Made by a program: the position numbers and the translations under genes. Below, in pieces: positions 27,301-32,348 of a stretch of 32,348 nt of DNA (positions are counted from its first letter, which is position 1; each line of letters begins with the position of its first letter). The stretch comes from a virus. Lineage: Duplodnaviria > Caudoviricetes. The stretch spans positions 1 to 32,348 of IMG/VR virus record IMGVR_UViG_3300025288_000065. One strand, 5' to 3'. A model generated the notes under the pieces. It did no database searches. It saw only the letters and a list, made by a program, of their open reading frames with translations, and was not told where the DNA came from.

Positions 27301-30300
27301 ACCATCGCCCGACGCCTCGATCAGCTTGGCGCGCTCACCAAAGGCCAACAGGACGCCGGCGGCGGCGGCATGTTCTCCGCCGCCGACAATCTAGAAACGA
27401 CCTATGGAGAGGGGAGCGTCTACGGGCTCTTCCTTGATGCCTACTACGGTCGGGTCGAGGGGCTTGATTTCGGCGCACTCTCCGAGGAGATGGGGCTCAA
27501 CCTCATCAGCGAGTCCACCGGCGGTCTTGACCGAACCAAGATCCCCTCGGTCCCGCAGTTCCTTAACCGCGTTCTGTCTCTGACGCTGGACCGGCAGGAG
27601 CAAGTGTTCGGGGAGTTCATGCGCCGCATGGAGTCCAGCGTCGCCTATGCGGTGAGCCGCGGCACCTACAACACGGGCGTCGTGCGGATCGAGCATCAGG
27701 GGGCCAAGGAGATCGCGCGTCAGACCGTCTACGAGGCGGGCGAGATCAAGACGGAATACGTCCGCTTCGAGACACAGCACACCCAGCAACGGCTGGCGTT
27801 CGAAGATCTGCCGGCGAGCGGAAGTTTCCGCGTCTCGCGCGAGACGGGGCGAATTTACCACTTCGCGCCCACGTCCTCGATCACGCTGGACGATGGGTCC
27901 GTCGAGGCGGGCTATATCCGCCGAGGCGTTGACAGCGGCGCCTATGGTGGTGAGCGCCTTCCGCAATCCCGGCGCGATCAAAGCTATGGCCAGATGCCGC
28001 GCGACGGCGACAAGTCGGCCGCCGAAGTGGCCGCGGAGATTTGGGAGGCGGAGCTCGCCGAGCTTCCTGACACCTACTCGACGACGACGCACATGATTAC
28101 CGGATCCCTGCTTCCGGTATGGTCCAAGCTCCCGCGAGTGGATCCCATCATCAAGAAGATCGAACTTGATGACGGGACGTCCGTCATGGGCAGGGTGATC
28201 CGTGGCTCATGGCTGAATGACACGCTGAAGAACCTGGGCGTTGGCGTCGAAGCGATCCGAATGACGCCTGAAGAGATGCAGCAGGCGGTCATGGGCGGGA
28301 CGCGGATCAACCTGAACAGCGGGCACAGCATCGTCCGCAGGCGCGTGGGCGGCGAGCAGCGGATGGAAGTCTACTCCCCTCCGGATCGCGCATTTGGAGA
28401 CAAGCGCGTCGGCGGCCCGTTTCAGAGCATGGGCATGTTGATGGAGGTCGTGAACGGCCAGATGCGGGCCTTCATCCCCTCGGGCGAGCGCGGTGGCCCC
28501 GTTCTCAATCGGTTCATGCAGGGGAAAGAGATCACAGGGCTGTCGCGCGGGATCGTTCGCGAGCGCCGCGAGGCATCCACTTCCACCCCTGCAACCGATG
28601 CACAAATCGCCGACCTCCAGTCCCGCCTCGACGCCATCCTCCCCGGCGTGCGCGTCGAGCGCGAGGGCCGCCCTGACCGGGCCGGCGCGTTCGTCATGGA
28701 CAGCGACGGCGCCCGCGTCCTGATCGGGGCGGCGGACGGCAACGCCACCCTCGACCACGAGGCCATCCACGCGCTCTACAATCTCGGGCTCTTTACCGAT
28801 GCGGAATGGGAGGTGCTCTCCCGCCGGGCGCGGCAGTCGTGGATCAAGCGGCACAACGTCAAGGAGCGGTATCCGACGACCGACCCGCGGCTGATCGAGC
28901 AGCTTGGCGCGTTCGAGGAGAACCCGGCGGCGTGGGAGGCTCTCTGGATCGAGGAGGCCATCGCCGAAGAGTTCGCCACCCAGCGGGCCAAGGAGGACGC
29001 CCGCGAGCCCCTGAGCGCCCGGAAGGCCCTGCGGAAGATCGCGCAGTTCATGGAAGCGCTGGGGAGATGGATGACCGGGCAGGGCTTCCAGAGCGCGGCG
29101 GATGTGTTCGGGCGGGCGGCGAGCGGGGAGGTCGGGCGGCGCGGCATGGGCGCGGCCGGAAATGCGAGCCGCGAGCGCCGCGCCCCTACCTCCTCCGGAG
29201 CCTTCGAGACCTTCGAATCCCGCTCCGCGCGCCAGGTCGCCGAACTCTTCAAGCCCCGGAATTGGGGCGCCCTCGCCGACGCGGAGACGTGGCGCGACAC
29301 CTACTATGTCGTCCGGCGGAACTTCTCCGACAAGATGAGCCCGCTCCGGAGGCAGCAGGAGGCCATCCAGAAGGCCGGGGGCACAGTCGGGCTGGCGCAG
29401 GACGCCTACATGGCGGAGAGCCTCTACTACGGCCGCGCTGGCGAGCGTCTGAGGGAGTTCTACGAGGGCGACGTCCGCGGGATCACGCAGACCCTCCGGG
29501 ACGCGAAGATCACGCCGCAGGAGATGGACGACTTCCTGATCGCCCGGCACGTCGAGGAGCGCAACGCAAAGATCGCGACGCTCTACGAGGACGAAGATCC
29601 GAACCATGACTTTGTGAAGGCGACGACGGACCCGACGATCAAGGGCGGCTCCGGCTTCTCCCAGGAATGGGTGGACGGCGTTATGAGGAGGGTGGCGGCC
29701 GACCCGCGCGCGGCGAAGTTCCGGGAGGTGGCGAGGAAGGCCGACACGATCAACCGCCAGCGGCTCGCACAAGAGGTGGCCGCGGGGCTGATCTCGCAGG
29801 AGCAGGCCGACGCTTACCTCGCGACCTACAAGCACTACACTCCCCTTCGGGGATTGGAGGCAGACGAGGACGCCGGCGGTATGGGCATCGGCCGGGGCTT
29901 CGACACACGGGGGCAGGACAAGCGCGCTGCGGGCCGCACGACGCGCGCGGACTCCCCTCTCGGGACGCTCCTCGCGATGCGGGCGAACTCCATCATCAAG
30001 TCCGAGAAGAACCGCGTCGGGAAGGCGTTCCTCCGGCTGGCGCAGGCGAACCCGAACCCGGCGGCGTGGAGCATCGACAAGCCGGAGACCACGACCCGGA
30101 TCAAGTCGAAGCTGGTCACGGAGGTCGACCCGGCGACCGGTCTCCCCGTCATGGTCCGGAAGGATGTCGCGCGCCGAGAGAAGGTCGCCGCGTCGCGGAT
30201 GGACGATCACGTCCTCATCGTGAAGGTCGGCGGCGAGGAAGTGCTGATACGCATCGAGAACCGCGATCTCGCGTCCGCGATGAAGAACCTGAACCCGGAC

Positions 30301-31935
30301 AACGGTTTCGTGCTGACGCGGGCGCTCGGCGCCGTGACCCGGCTGATGTCGATGCTCAACACCACATTGAACATCGAATGGTTCGTGACGAACATCGCCC
30401 GCGACCTTCAGACGGCGGGCATCCAGATCAGTGACGAGGGAAAGAGGGGCCTCGGCCGGGCCATGTTCAAGAACTGGCCGAAGGCCATGCTCGGCGCGGC
30501 GCAGCACCTTTCCGGAACGGGCAACAGCCCGTGGCGGGCCATTGCCGCGGACTTCGCGGAACAGGGCGGGAAGGTCGACTACATCGAGACCCGCGACGTC
30601 CAGGGCTTCAAGAGCCTGATCGAGGGCGAGATCAGCGAGTCGAAGCTGCGGCGGATGGCTCTCGCCGGGCCAAAGGCGGCGATGGACTTCATTCAGGTCT
30701 TCACCGGGGCGGGGGAGAACGCGATCCGCATCGCGGCCTACAAGGCGGCGATCGACGCCGGCATTCCGAAGGCGAAGGCGGCGAGCATCGCCCGCGAACT
30801 CACGGTCAACTTCAACCGCAAGGGCGAATTAGGCCCTGCAATCAACGCCCTGTATATGTTTTTCAATGCCGCGGTGCAGGGCAACGCGCGGCTCCTGAAG
30901 TCCGCGATGACATCCGGCTTCACACAGAAGGCGCTCGGCGGGCTCGTCCTCATGGGCGCGCTCGAAGCGATGATGGGGCTCGACGACGAGGACGAATACG
31001 AGAAGCTGGACGCCTATGTCCGGGAGCGAAATCTTGTCCTCCCGCTTTCCCTCATTGGAGGGGAGCCTGGCACGTTCGGGAAAATCCCGCTGCCCTATGG
31101 ATTCAACGTCTTCAAGGTCATCGGGACGGAGATCGGCCGCGTTCTCATGCACGGGACCGACCCGATGGAGGCGGCGGCCAATGTCGGCGGAGCCGCGATC
31201 AACAGCTTCAACCCCATTGGCGGGCAAGACATCATCGCGGTCCTCACGCCGACCGTGATCGACCCGCTCATGGACATCTACCGAAACCAGAATTTCTTCG
31301 GCTCCACGATCCGGCCGGACTATCCGAACGATCCCCGTCCGGATTCCGAGAAGTTCTATCCTAACGTCTCCGGGACTTCTCGGACGATCACCAAATGGCT
31401 CAACGAGAAAAGCGGCGGGAACCAGTTCCGTGAGGGGGCGATCTCCGTCTCCCCGGAGAACGTCGACCATCTCGTTTCCTCCTATCTCGGCGGCTTCGGC
31501 CGGCTGGCGCAGAACCTCGAAAAGACCGCGGCAGGCTTCCTCAAGGGTGATCCTCTCGATGCGGAGAAGACCCCGTTCATCCGGCAAATCTACGCGGAGA
31601 CCGTGGGGGAGATGCCGACCTGGCGGGCCTATGATTCGATCACGGACGAAGTGAGCGCGCTCGCGAACGAGATCAAGGGCTTCACCAAGGCCGGCGACAT
31701 GCAGGCGGTGCGCGAGGCTCGGGCGCGCGACCCGCTCCTGACCTCGATGCTGGAGCCCGTGAAGGTCTACGAGAAGCAGCTCCGCGCGCTCCGCGACGAA
31801 GAGAAGAAGATCCAGGCGTCCGGGATGCCCGATGACGCCAAGGAGGACCGGATCGAAGCGATCCGCCTCCGGCAATACGAAACCCAGAGGCGACTCCTCG
31901 CCATCTGGGACCGCAAGCGCAACCCGCGCGACTGA
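18343..31935 (+). CDS. Giant polyvalent protein (4530 aa), DarB-like, probably virion-ejected
   Basis: InPase-like IENPKGS..DYGYIRRTEGADGDKLDVY (~20100-20490); ddrB-like ParB QPRDR..GAPIV..ESGNGRT (~21150-22290); zeta-like kinase GPPAAGKST/DSDEIK/VHEES (~22970-23440); N6-MTase FSTPP/LEPSAGNG/NPPF (~24380-24930); Strawberry-notch helicase GDGTGVGKT/FDEAH/QGLGRSHRSNQ (~25430-27650); HEAIH zincin motif (28756-28770); LPD38-like KIPLPYGF C-terminus. Confidence 0.88.
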   Translation: MSNWLEKFQPAEEPDWTANFEFAPEIATPDERGWWLRNVLDPAGRGYQRLEQAANVAGLQTGYYTPKEAAERLIANEADLQDYPLDAADQDGLRAITEAPDFWTAVKAVIANPGAAANVFMESLPMMGPTIVGGAAGSVAGATAGPVGAMAGAGIGSGAGSFMVEYGLSFTDALRDKGVPVTREALAAAFSDPAMVAAAQEFALERGVPIAAFDALSFGVAGRISGPVSRAVGGGRRGAAAGATAELSSQAAMGSGGEATAQIASEGRITSSGDVMLEGMLELPGAAIEIPAAVLSRPAAQPGAQPAATPRPAVRQAAPAVFTPVEPGTLAPNPQDTAASPATSGSFTAPPEASILLAAGDAPEDIMAMSPSERAAAAQEALDLGVTPLSEAETTSAMQPVVAAYDAERPDSPRITPDDRASPIPTALIDDGKAEIDRLIGSLDPRNAPVVPAAPFPFAPGGAPQARSLFDKRQAELQAERDAQVSQAIANRAPGTFPQAPARPLEPMTPERQAEMARMADERERQARAERAQAAVASAQPGRFPNQPATPLRPATGFGAVMAPSPEEIEAARAEVNTEPTQGQAAAGNYKKAHVNVQGLDISIENPKGSVRTNKDPNGPKWSVEMPADYGYIRRTEGADGDKLDVYLGEMPDSDLVVIVNQVDPETGAFDAHKVILGTGSAASALGLYEKAFSDGRGRQRIGSHTVTTMAGFKAWLKEGDLSGPTQPIQTREPATPEAAPAKPKTKKQELAAQFAPGEGVNVFSGSGQQSGTIARIEDDGAVIVNVTPRPGGYRGEIRVHPEDVSKAQPDEPAAGGEIVMEPEFWEGVPKKDRPGGRRNIIVDGGNVQVNYGDFGTSVWLIPDGAQEPVVIAAPQRGRTEAEIKALIASAGRKPQEGNTPAESGAKTDETDKTPSSTPPSARPSPFRGEPSSRRAKVITPDGIEVDVAYEVVDARALYRAQDRDQPRDRTKKESEEQIAGIAQKLDPLQLLPARQAGSGAPIVGPNGVIESGNGRTTALIRVAESNPEAFQRYLDAMRAEGFDVDGLPDGAVPIVVGRRTTELDEGGRRAWVKGANMPVVASMSATEKAQADTDALTPETLNLYRPEAGFTSAANAPFINAFLSKLPQTERNALTTDGIINADGIRRVRQAIFARAYGDRDIVARVAEGNSDTAQAILNVLVDFAPEWAAFRAEVEAGTIRPEFDITSHILGALRLITKAREDAKSQARPVSTVLREAVAQDDIFGGSTPAETVAVVRMLHADEELSRAIGKDRIAERLSYMLEEFRSAGSAAPGLFGSETNVRPEEAIRAANRKGQTEDLFAGGGEPDRPRDPQGEPGREGSGGRPDGAANEPGRDEGPREGLTGPTIEPRSEKSIIVRGVSEADGARVFAGVKGALWNVGEGGWVFSKKREGEVRAALDAQEPGPDVAGLEAAIAGVGAKPPAALRADLKKRISAGATLEEMRAHPAVAEALRRSAAVQPTHEREGYGTEAWWRDREFTFPDGEVIVGVEKAKEKIADDFLTLAWREMDLEPEPVLRNREAVILLGPPAAGKSTIANKIAVSMKAAIIDSDEIKKLLPEFGGGAAANAVHEESADITKDVEATMTADGANIVYPKVGDSVGSIQKLTERLRAAGYSVRLVNMKVSAAVAERRMFGRFVSSGRLIPFDYIAAVGEKPTETYGKLKQSPLYDGYGEINNEQPFGQEPTITEIAGRVGTLPGVRVSPDRERREDAGGEGATPPSDEGGGPRAPLGQERGPRPEVTPPPRADNVSLLSTEEQDRLAALRDQFRRKLRSGNQLNAGLDPELVSIAAEMAGIYIKAGARKFRDLVRAMVEDLGMTFDQVQPYARNAYNQVRGDMDLAGESVDGMDSDADVIAQIKAMRAGSKPDDAPAPAVDTAAEDSRPVRAAKVIRERLLPRDRFSNQDLMQALEGVFGGTVGEGAFNAQDAYNALELALNMRIAENPGSFTQPGGAFTPVATVDQAVAAAQSLTNMLDRVPTQTRRDGEQIAFQQFSTPPAYAYAVNWIAGVREGDRVLEPSAGNGGIAVFALNAGAEVHVNEISERRLPSLRALGFQRVTAENAEQIANVFAGDPEYDVIVMNPPFSASGTRGGSNTSATGGRHIEQALARLRPGGRLVAIMGHTFTPSNGRVRDFFDRVGRENSVRALVTVDGDSVYRKYGTGYDSVVLVIDKTPPTGVEMMTGKAESVPALIRMMEGVANEVRGPRADTGGSPDAAGGSQGGNAGGGRPDGNERSPEREPAPEPDPLRGPGRDDAGAGGRGGGSQRPSGRPGASGGGRGGGSRSGSSGRSRSSSSPKGGKPRDNSVSGDGPRSPADFGEVQQLVVVDAETGTPLETDTGTFASYRPSRVTVEGAPKHPAKLVEASAMASVRSPRPAYRPQLPKAMLDAGHISEPSLEQVVYAGEAHSQMLPDQDKTGRKVRRGYFIGDGTGVGKTRQIAGIIMDNWTRGRRKAVLLSKDKSLQKDARAEFDAIGMGAIPIADLGKVAKPNEKIEAGDGVMFTTYSTIGRATAPGEKSRVQQIVEWLGADFDGLIVFDEAHSMANALPIKKKRGFTQPSLQALQGLELQRRLPNARIVYASATGATEVTNLAYAERLGLWGEGTEFDNVQDFVTQIESGGLAAMEVVARDMKQMGLYLARTISFEGVEYDRVTQELTPDQRDMYDIAAKAWQGVLRNINEVIGVGDSKDSAPGKGDKSLKAAALAQFWGTHQRFFNQVLTAMQVPAMFQQMDADLADGLAPVIQMISTNEAATTRAISGLTDEDTVEDIDITPTQMLMDYVQTSFPIYEYEIVTDDQGKKSTQVAKDSKGNPIIGQAAVAKRDSLLAELSTIRLPGNPLDMIIERYGVDRVAEVTGRSSRIVTRNKKRVVEKWSKVKGKADANAFQDGKRDVLVFSQAGGTGASYHADRRAKNQKRRAHYVLQAGWRADVAMQGLGRSHRSNQVTPPIYRLVSTDSAGSRRFVATIARRLDQLGALTKGQQDAGGGGMFSAADNLETTYGEGSVYGLFLDAYYGRVEGLDFGALSEEMGLNLISESTGGLDRTKIPSVPQFLNRVLSLTLDRQEQVFGEFMRRMESSVAYAVSRGTYNTGVVRIEHQGAKEIARQTVYEAGEIKTEYVRFETQHTQQRLAFEDLPASGSFRVSRETGRIYHFAPTSSITLDDGSVEAGYIRRGVDSGAYGGERLPQSRRDQSYGQMPRDGDKSAAEVAAEIWEAELAELPDTYSTTTHMITGSLLPVWSKLPRVDPIIKKIELDDGTSVMGRVIRGSWLNDTLKNLGVGVEAIRMTPEEMQQAVMGGTRINLNSGHSIVRRRVGGEQRMEVYSPPDRAFGDKRVGGPFQSMGMLMEVVNGQMRAFIPSGERGGPVLNRFMQGKEITGLSRGIVRERREASTSTPATDAQIADLQSRLDAILPGVRVEREGRPDRAGAFVMDSDGARVLIGAADGNATLDHEAIHALYNLGLFTDAEWEVLSRRARQSWIKRHNVKERYPTTDPRLIEQLGAFEENPAAWEALWIEEAIAEEFATQRAKEDAREPLSARKALRKIAQFMEALGRWMTGQGFQSAADVFGRAASGEVGRRGMGAAGNASRERRAPTSSGAFETFESRSARQVAELFKPRNWGALADAETWRDTYYVVRRNFSDKMSPLRRQQEAIQKAGGTVGLAQDAYMAESLYYGRAGERLREFYEGDVRGITQTLRDAKITPQEMDDFLIARHVEERNAKIATLYEDEDPNHDFVKATTDPTIKGGSGFSQEWVDGVMRRVAADPRAAKFREVARKADTINRQRLAQEVAAGLISQEQADAYLATYKHYTPLRGLEADEDAGGMGIGRGFDTRGQDKRAAGRTTRADSPLGTLLAMRANSIIKSEKNRVGKAFLRLAQANPNPAAWSIDKPETTTRIKSKLVTEVDPATGLPVMVRKDVARREKVAASRMDDHVLIVKVGGEEVLIRIENRDLASAMKNLNPDNGFVLTRALGAVTRLMSMLNTTLNIEWFVTNIARDLQTAGIQISDEGKRGLGRAMFKNWPKAMLGAAQHLSGTGNSPWRAIAADFAEQGGKVDYIETRDVQGFKSLIEGEISESKLRRMALAGPKAAMDFIQVFTGAGENAIRIAAYKAAIDAGIPKAKAASIARELTVNFNRKGELGPAINALYMFFNAAVQGNARLLKSAMTSGFTQKALGGLVLMGALEAMMGLDDEDEYEKLDAYVRERNLVLPLSLIGGEPGTFGKIPLPYGFNVFKVIGTEIGRVLMHGTDPMEAAANVGGAAINSFNPIGGQDIIAVLTPTVIDPLMDIYRNQNFFGSTIRPDYPNDPRPDSEKFYPNVSGTSRTITKWLNEKSGGNQFREGAISVSPENVDHLVSSYLGGFGRLAQNLEKTAAGFLKGDPLDAEKTPFIRQIYAETVGEMPTWRAYDSITDEVSALANEIKGFTKAGDMQAVREARARDPLLTSMLEPVKVYEKQLRALRDEEKKIQASGMPDDAKEDRIEAIRLRQYETQRRLLAIWDRKRNPRD
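22274..22438 (+). CDS. Nested +1-frame small ORF after the ParB-like domain (54 aa; alternative GTG at 22322)
   Basis: GAGGAGG (22261-22267) 6 nt before GTG; basic helical VSLIARAIRKESQDAKDPAGVRMAQRMSLAAMKARAKG. By manual count 36 of 38 codons from 22322 end in G/C, versus about half in the host frame. Confidence 0.55.
   Translation: MQRTEKAKPKTSSPEVVSLIARAIRKESQDAKDPAGVRMAQRMSLAAMKARAKG
23441..23635 (+). CDS. Nested +1-frame small ORF after the zeta-like kinase domain (64 aa), candidate antitoxin
   Basis: GGGGAG (23428-23433) 7 nt before ATG; MSNPSGKS...AELGRYLASEYHRIENDERTPEEKGLHLPPMREEARARLWAKNEARGRK; about 54 of 64 codons end in G/C. Confidence 0.65.
   Translation: MSNPSGKSPPSQKSPAELGRYLASEYHRIENDERTPEEKGLHLPPMREEARARLWAKNEARGRK
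25010..25381 (+). CDS. Nested +1-frame ORF between the MTase and helicase domains (123 aa)
   Basis: GGAGG (24996-25000) 9 nt before ATG; normal globular helical composition and strong G/C third-position bias, while the host frame is G/S/R/P filler. Confidence 0.75.
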   Translation: MKSEDHAQIQADRLMRQADHKAAMQVAAVLMETNDLPSASPLLNLIHFAAQDGMTPGQEGEAVALSAHLDGLERREGVEAAVRDLARRAGLVPLRLLKGESPATIASAVTGHVLQRISEKSNS

Positions 31936-32056
31936 CCTCTCCGCACTCAGTCTGACAAACCCGCCTCGGCGGGGCGCCTCTCGTTTAGGGGGACTCTCCA
32001 TGCATCTCAGTCTTGCGCTGCCTCCTCGCGTTTTATCCCGTAAGGGAGACGTGGCG

Positions 32057-32348
32057 GTGTCTTCGATCCTCCTCGGCGAGCTTGACCTCACGTCGTTCGC
32101 GCCGCTGGCGATCAGTGCTCCAAATGGGGCCTACCACGGGCAGTTCTCCGTGTCCGGCGGGCAGCTCACGCGCACGACGGCGCCCCTGACGCCGGGGGCA
32201 TATGTGGTTGGCGAGACGAATGTGCTCGTATTGGCGAACACCGCGATCTGCGCCAGCGCGTCGGAAGTCGTCGCGGTGGAGCCATGGACGCTATCGACGG
32301 CATTGCGACCGGACGCGGAGGTGAGGCTGCGTCCGGGGGTGTATCTCA
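32057..32348 (+). CDS. Partial CDS, possibly tailspike/beta-helix protein (runs off the right edge)
   Basis: AAGGGAG SD (32042-32048), GTG at 32051 or 32057; frame open to the edge, ending EVRLRPGVYL, which resembles the start of parallel beta-helix domains. Confidence 0.5.
   Translation, partial: MSSILLGELDLTSFAPLAISAPNGAYHGQFSVSGGQLTRTTAPLTPGAYVVGETNVLVLANTAICASASEVVAVEPWTLSTALRPDAEVRLRPGVYL

Noticed and set aside
27893-28096. +1-frame ORF after the helicase as a fourth nested gene
   Set aside because: No clear SD, the host frame remains domain-like, and the product becomes R/S/P-rich.
28493-28723. +1-frame ORF before the peptidase domain
   Set aside because: S/P/A/R filler typical of a shadow frame; codon bias stays in the main frame.
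18343-31935. N4-like virion RNA polymerase, suggested by the N4-gp56-type capsid and giant gene size
   Set aside because: No RNA polymerase motifs seen; the domains are MTase, helicase, kinase, ParB-like and peptidase.
31960-31973. Terminator after the giant gene (CCCGC-CTCG-GCGGG)
   Set aside because: Short stem and no adjacent U-tract; insufficient support.
1-32348. CRISPR array, tRNA/rRNA, integrase, lysis cassette, reverse transcriptase/DGR
   Set aside because: No regularly spaced repeats, RNA gene signatures or corresponding protein motifs noticed by eye; a dedicated scan was not possible.

Overview
GC-rich, plus-strand packaging and virion module of a short-tailed (podovirus-like) phage or prophage, probably of a high-GC proteobacterial host. 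Gene order: divergent promoter region, two small leftward ORFs, a GIY-YIG remnant, TerS, then a TerL split into separate ATPase and nuclease genes with two ORFs between them. The nuclease gene carries an intein whose HNH endonuclease lies in a different reading frame. Next come portal, scaffold, N4-gp56-type major capsid, decoration, adaptor, nozzle and tail fibre genes, four probable ejection/internal virion proteins, and a 4530-aa polyvalent protein (InPase-like, ddrB-like ParB, zeta-toxin-like kinase, N6-adenine MTase, Strawberry-notch helicase, zincin-like peptidase, LPD38-like tail). The most striking feature is that three low-complexity 'linkers' of the giant gene, each directly after an enzymatic domain, appear to hide a small gene in the +1 frame with its own Shine-Dalgarno site and host-like codon bias. 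Two of these share an upstream -10-like motif. All family assignments come from motif recognition by eye; no database search was run.
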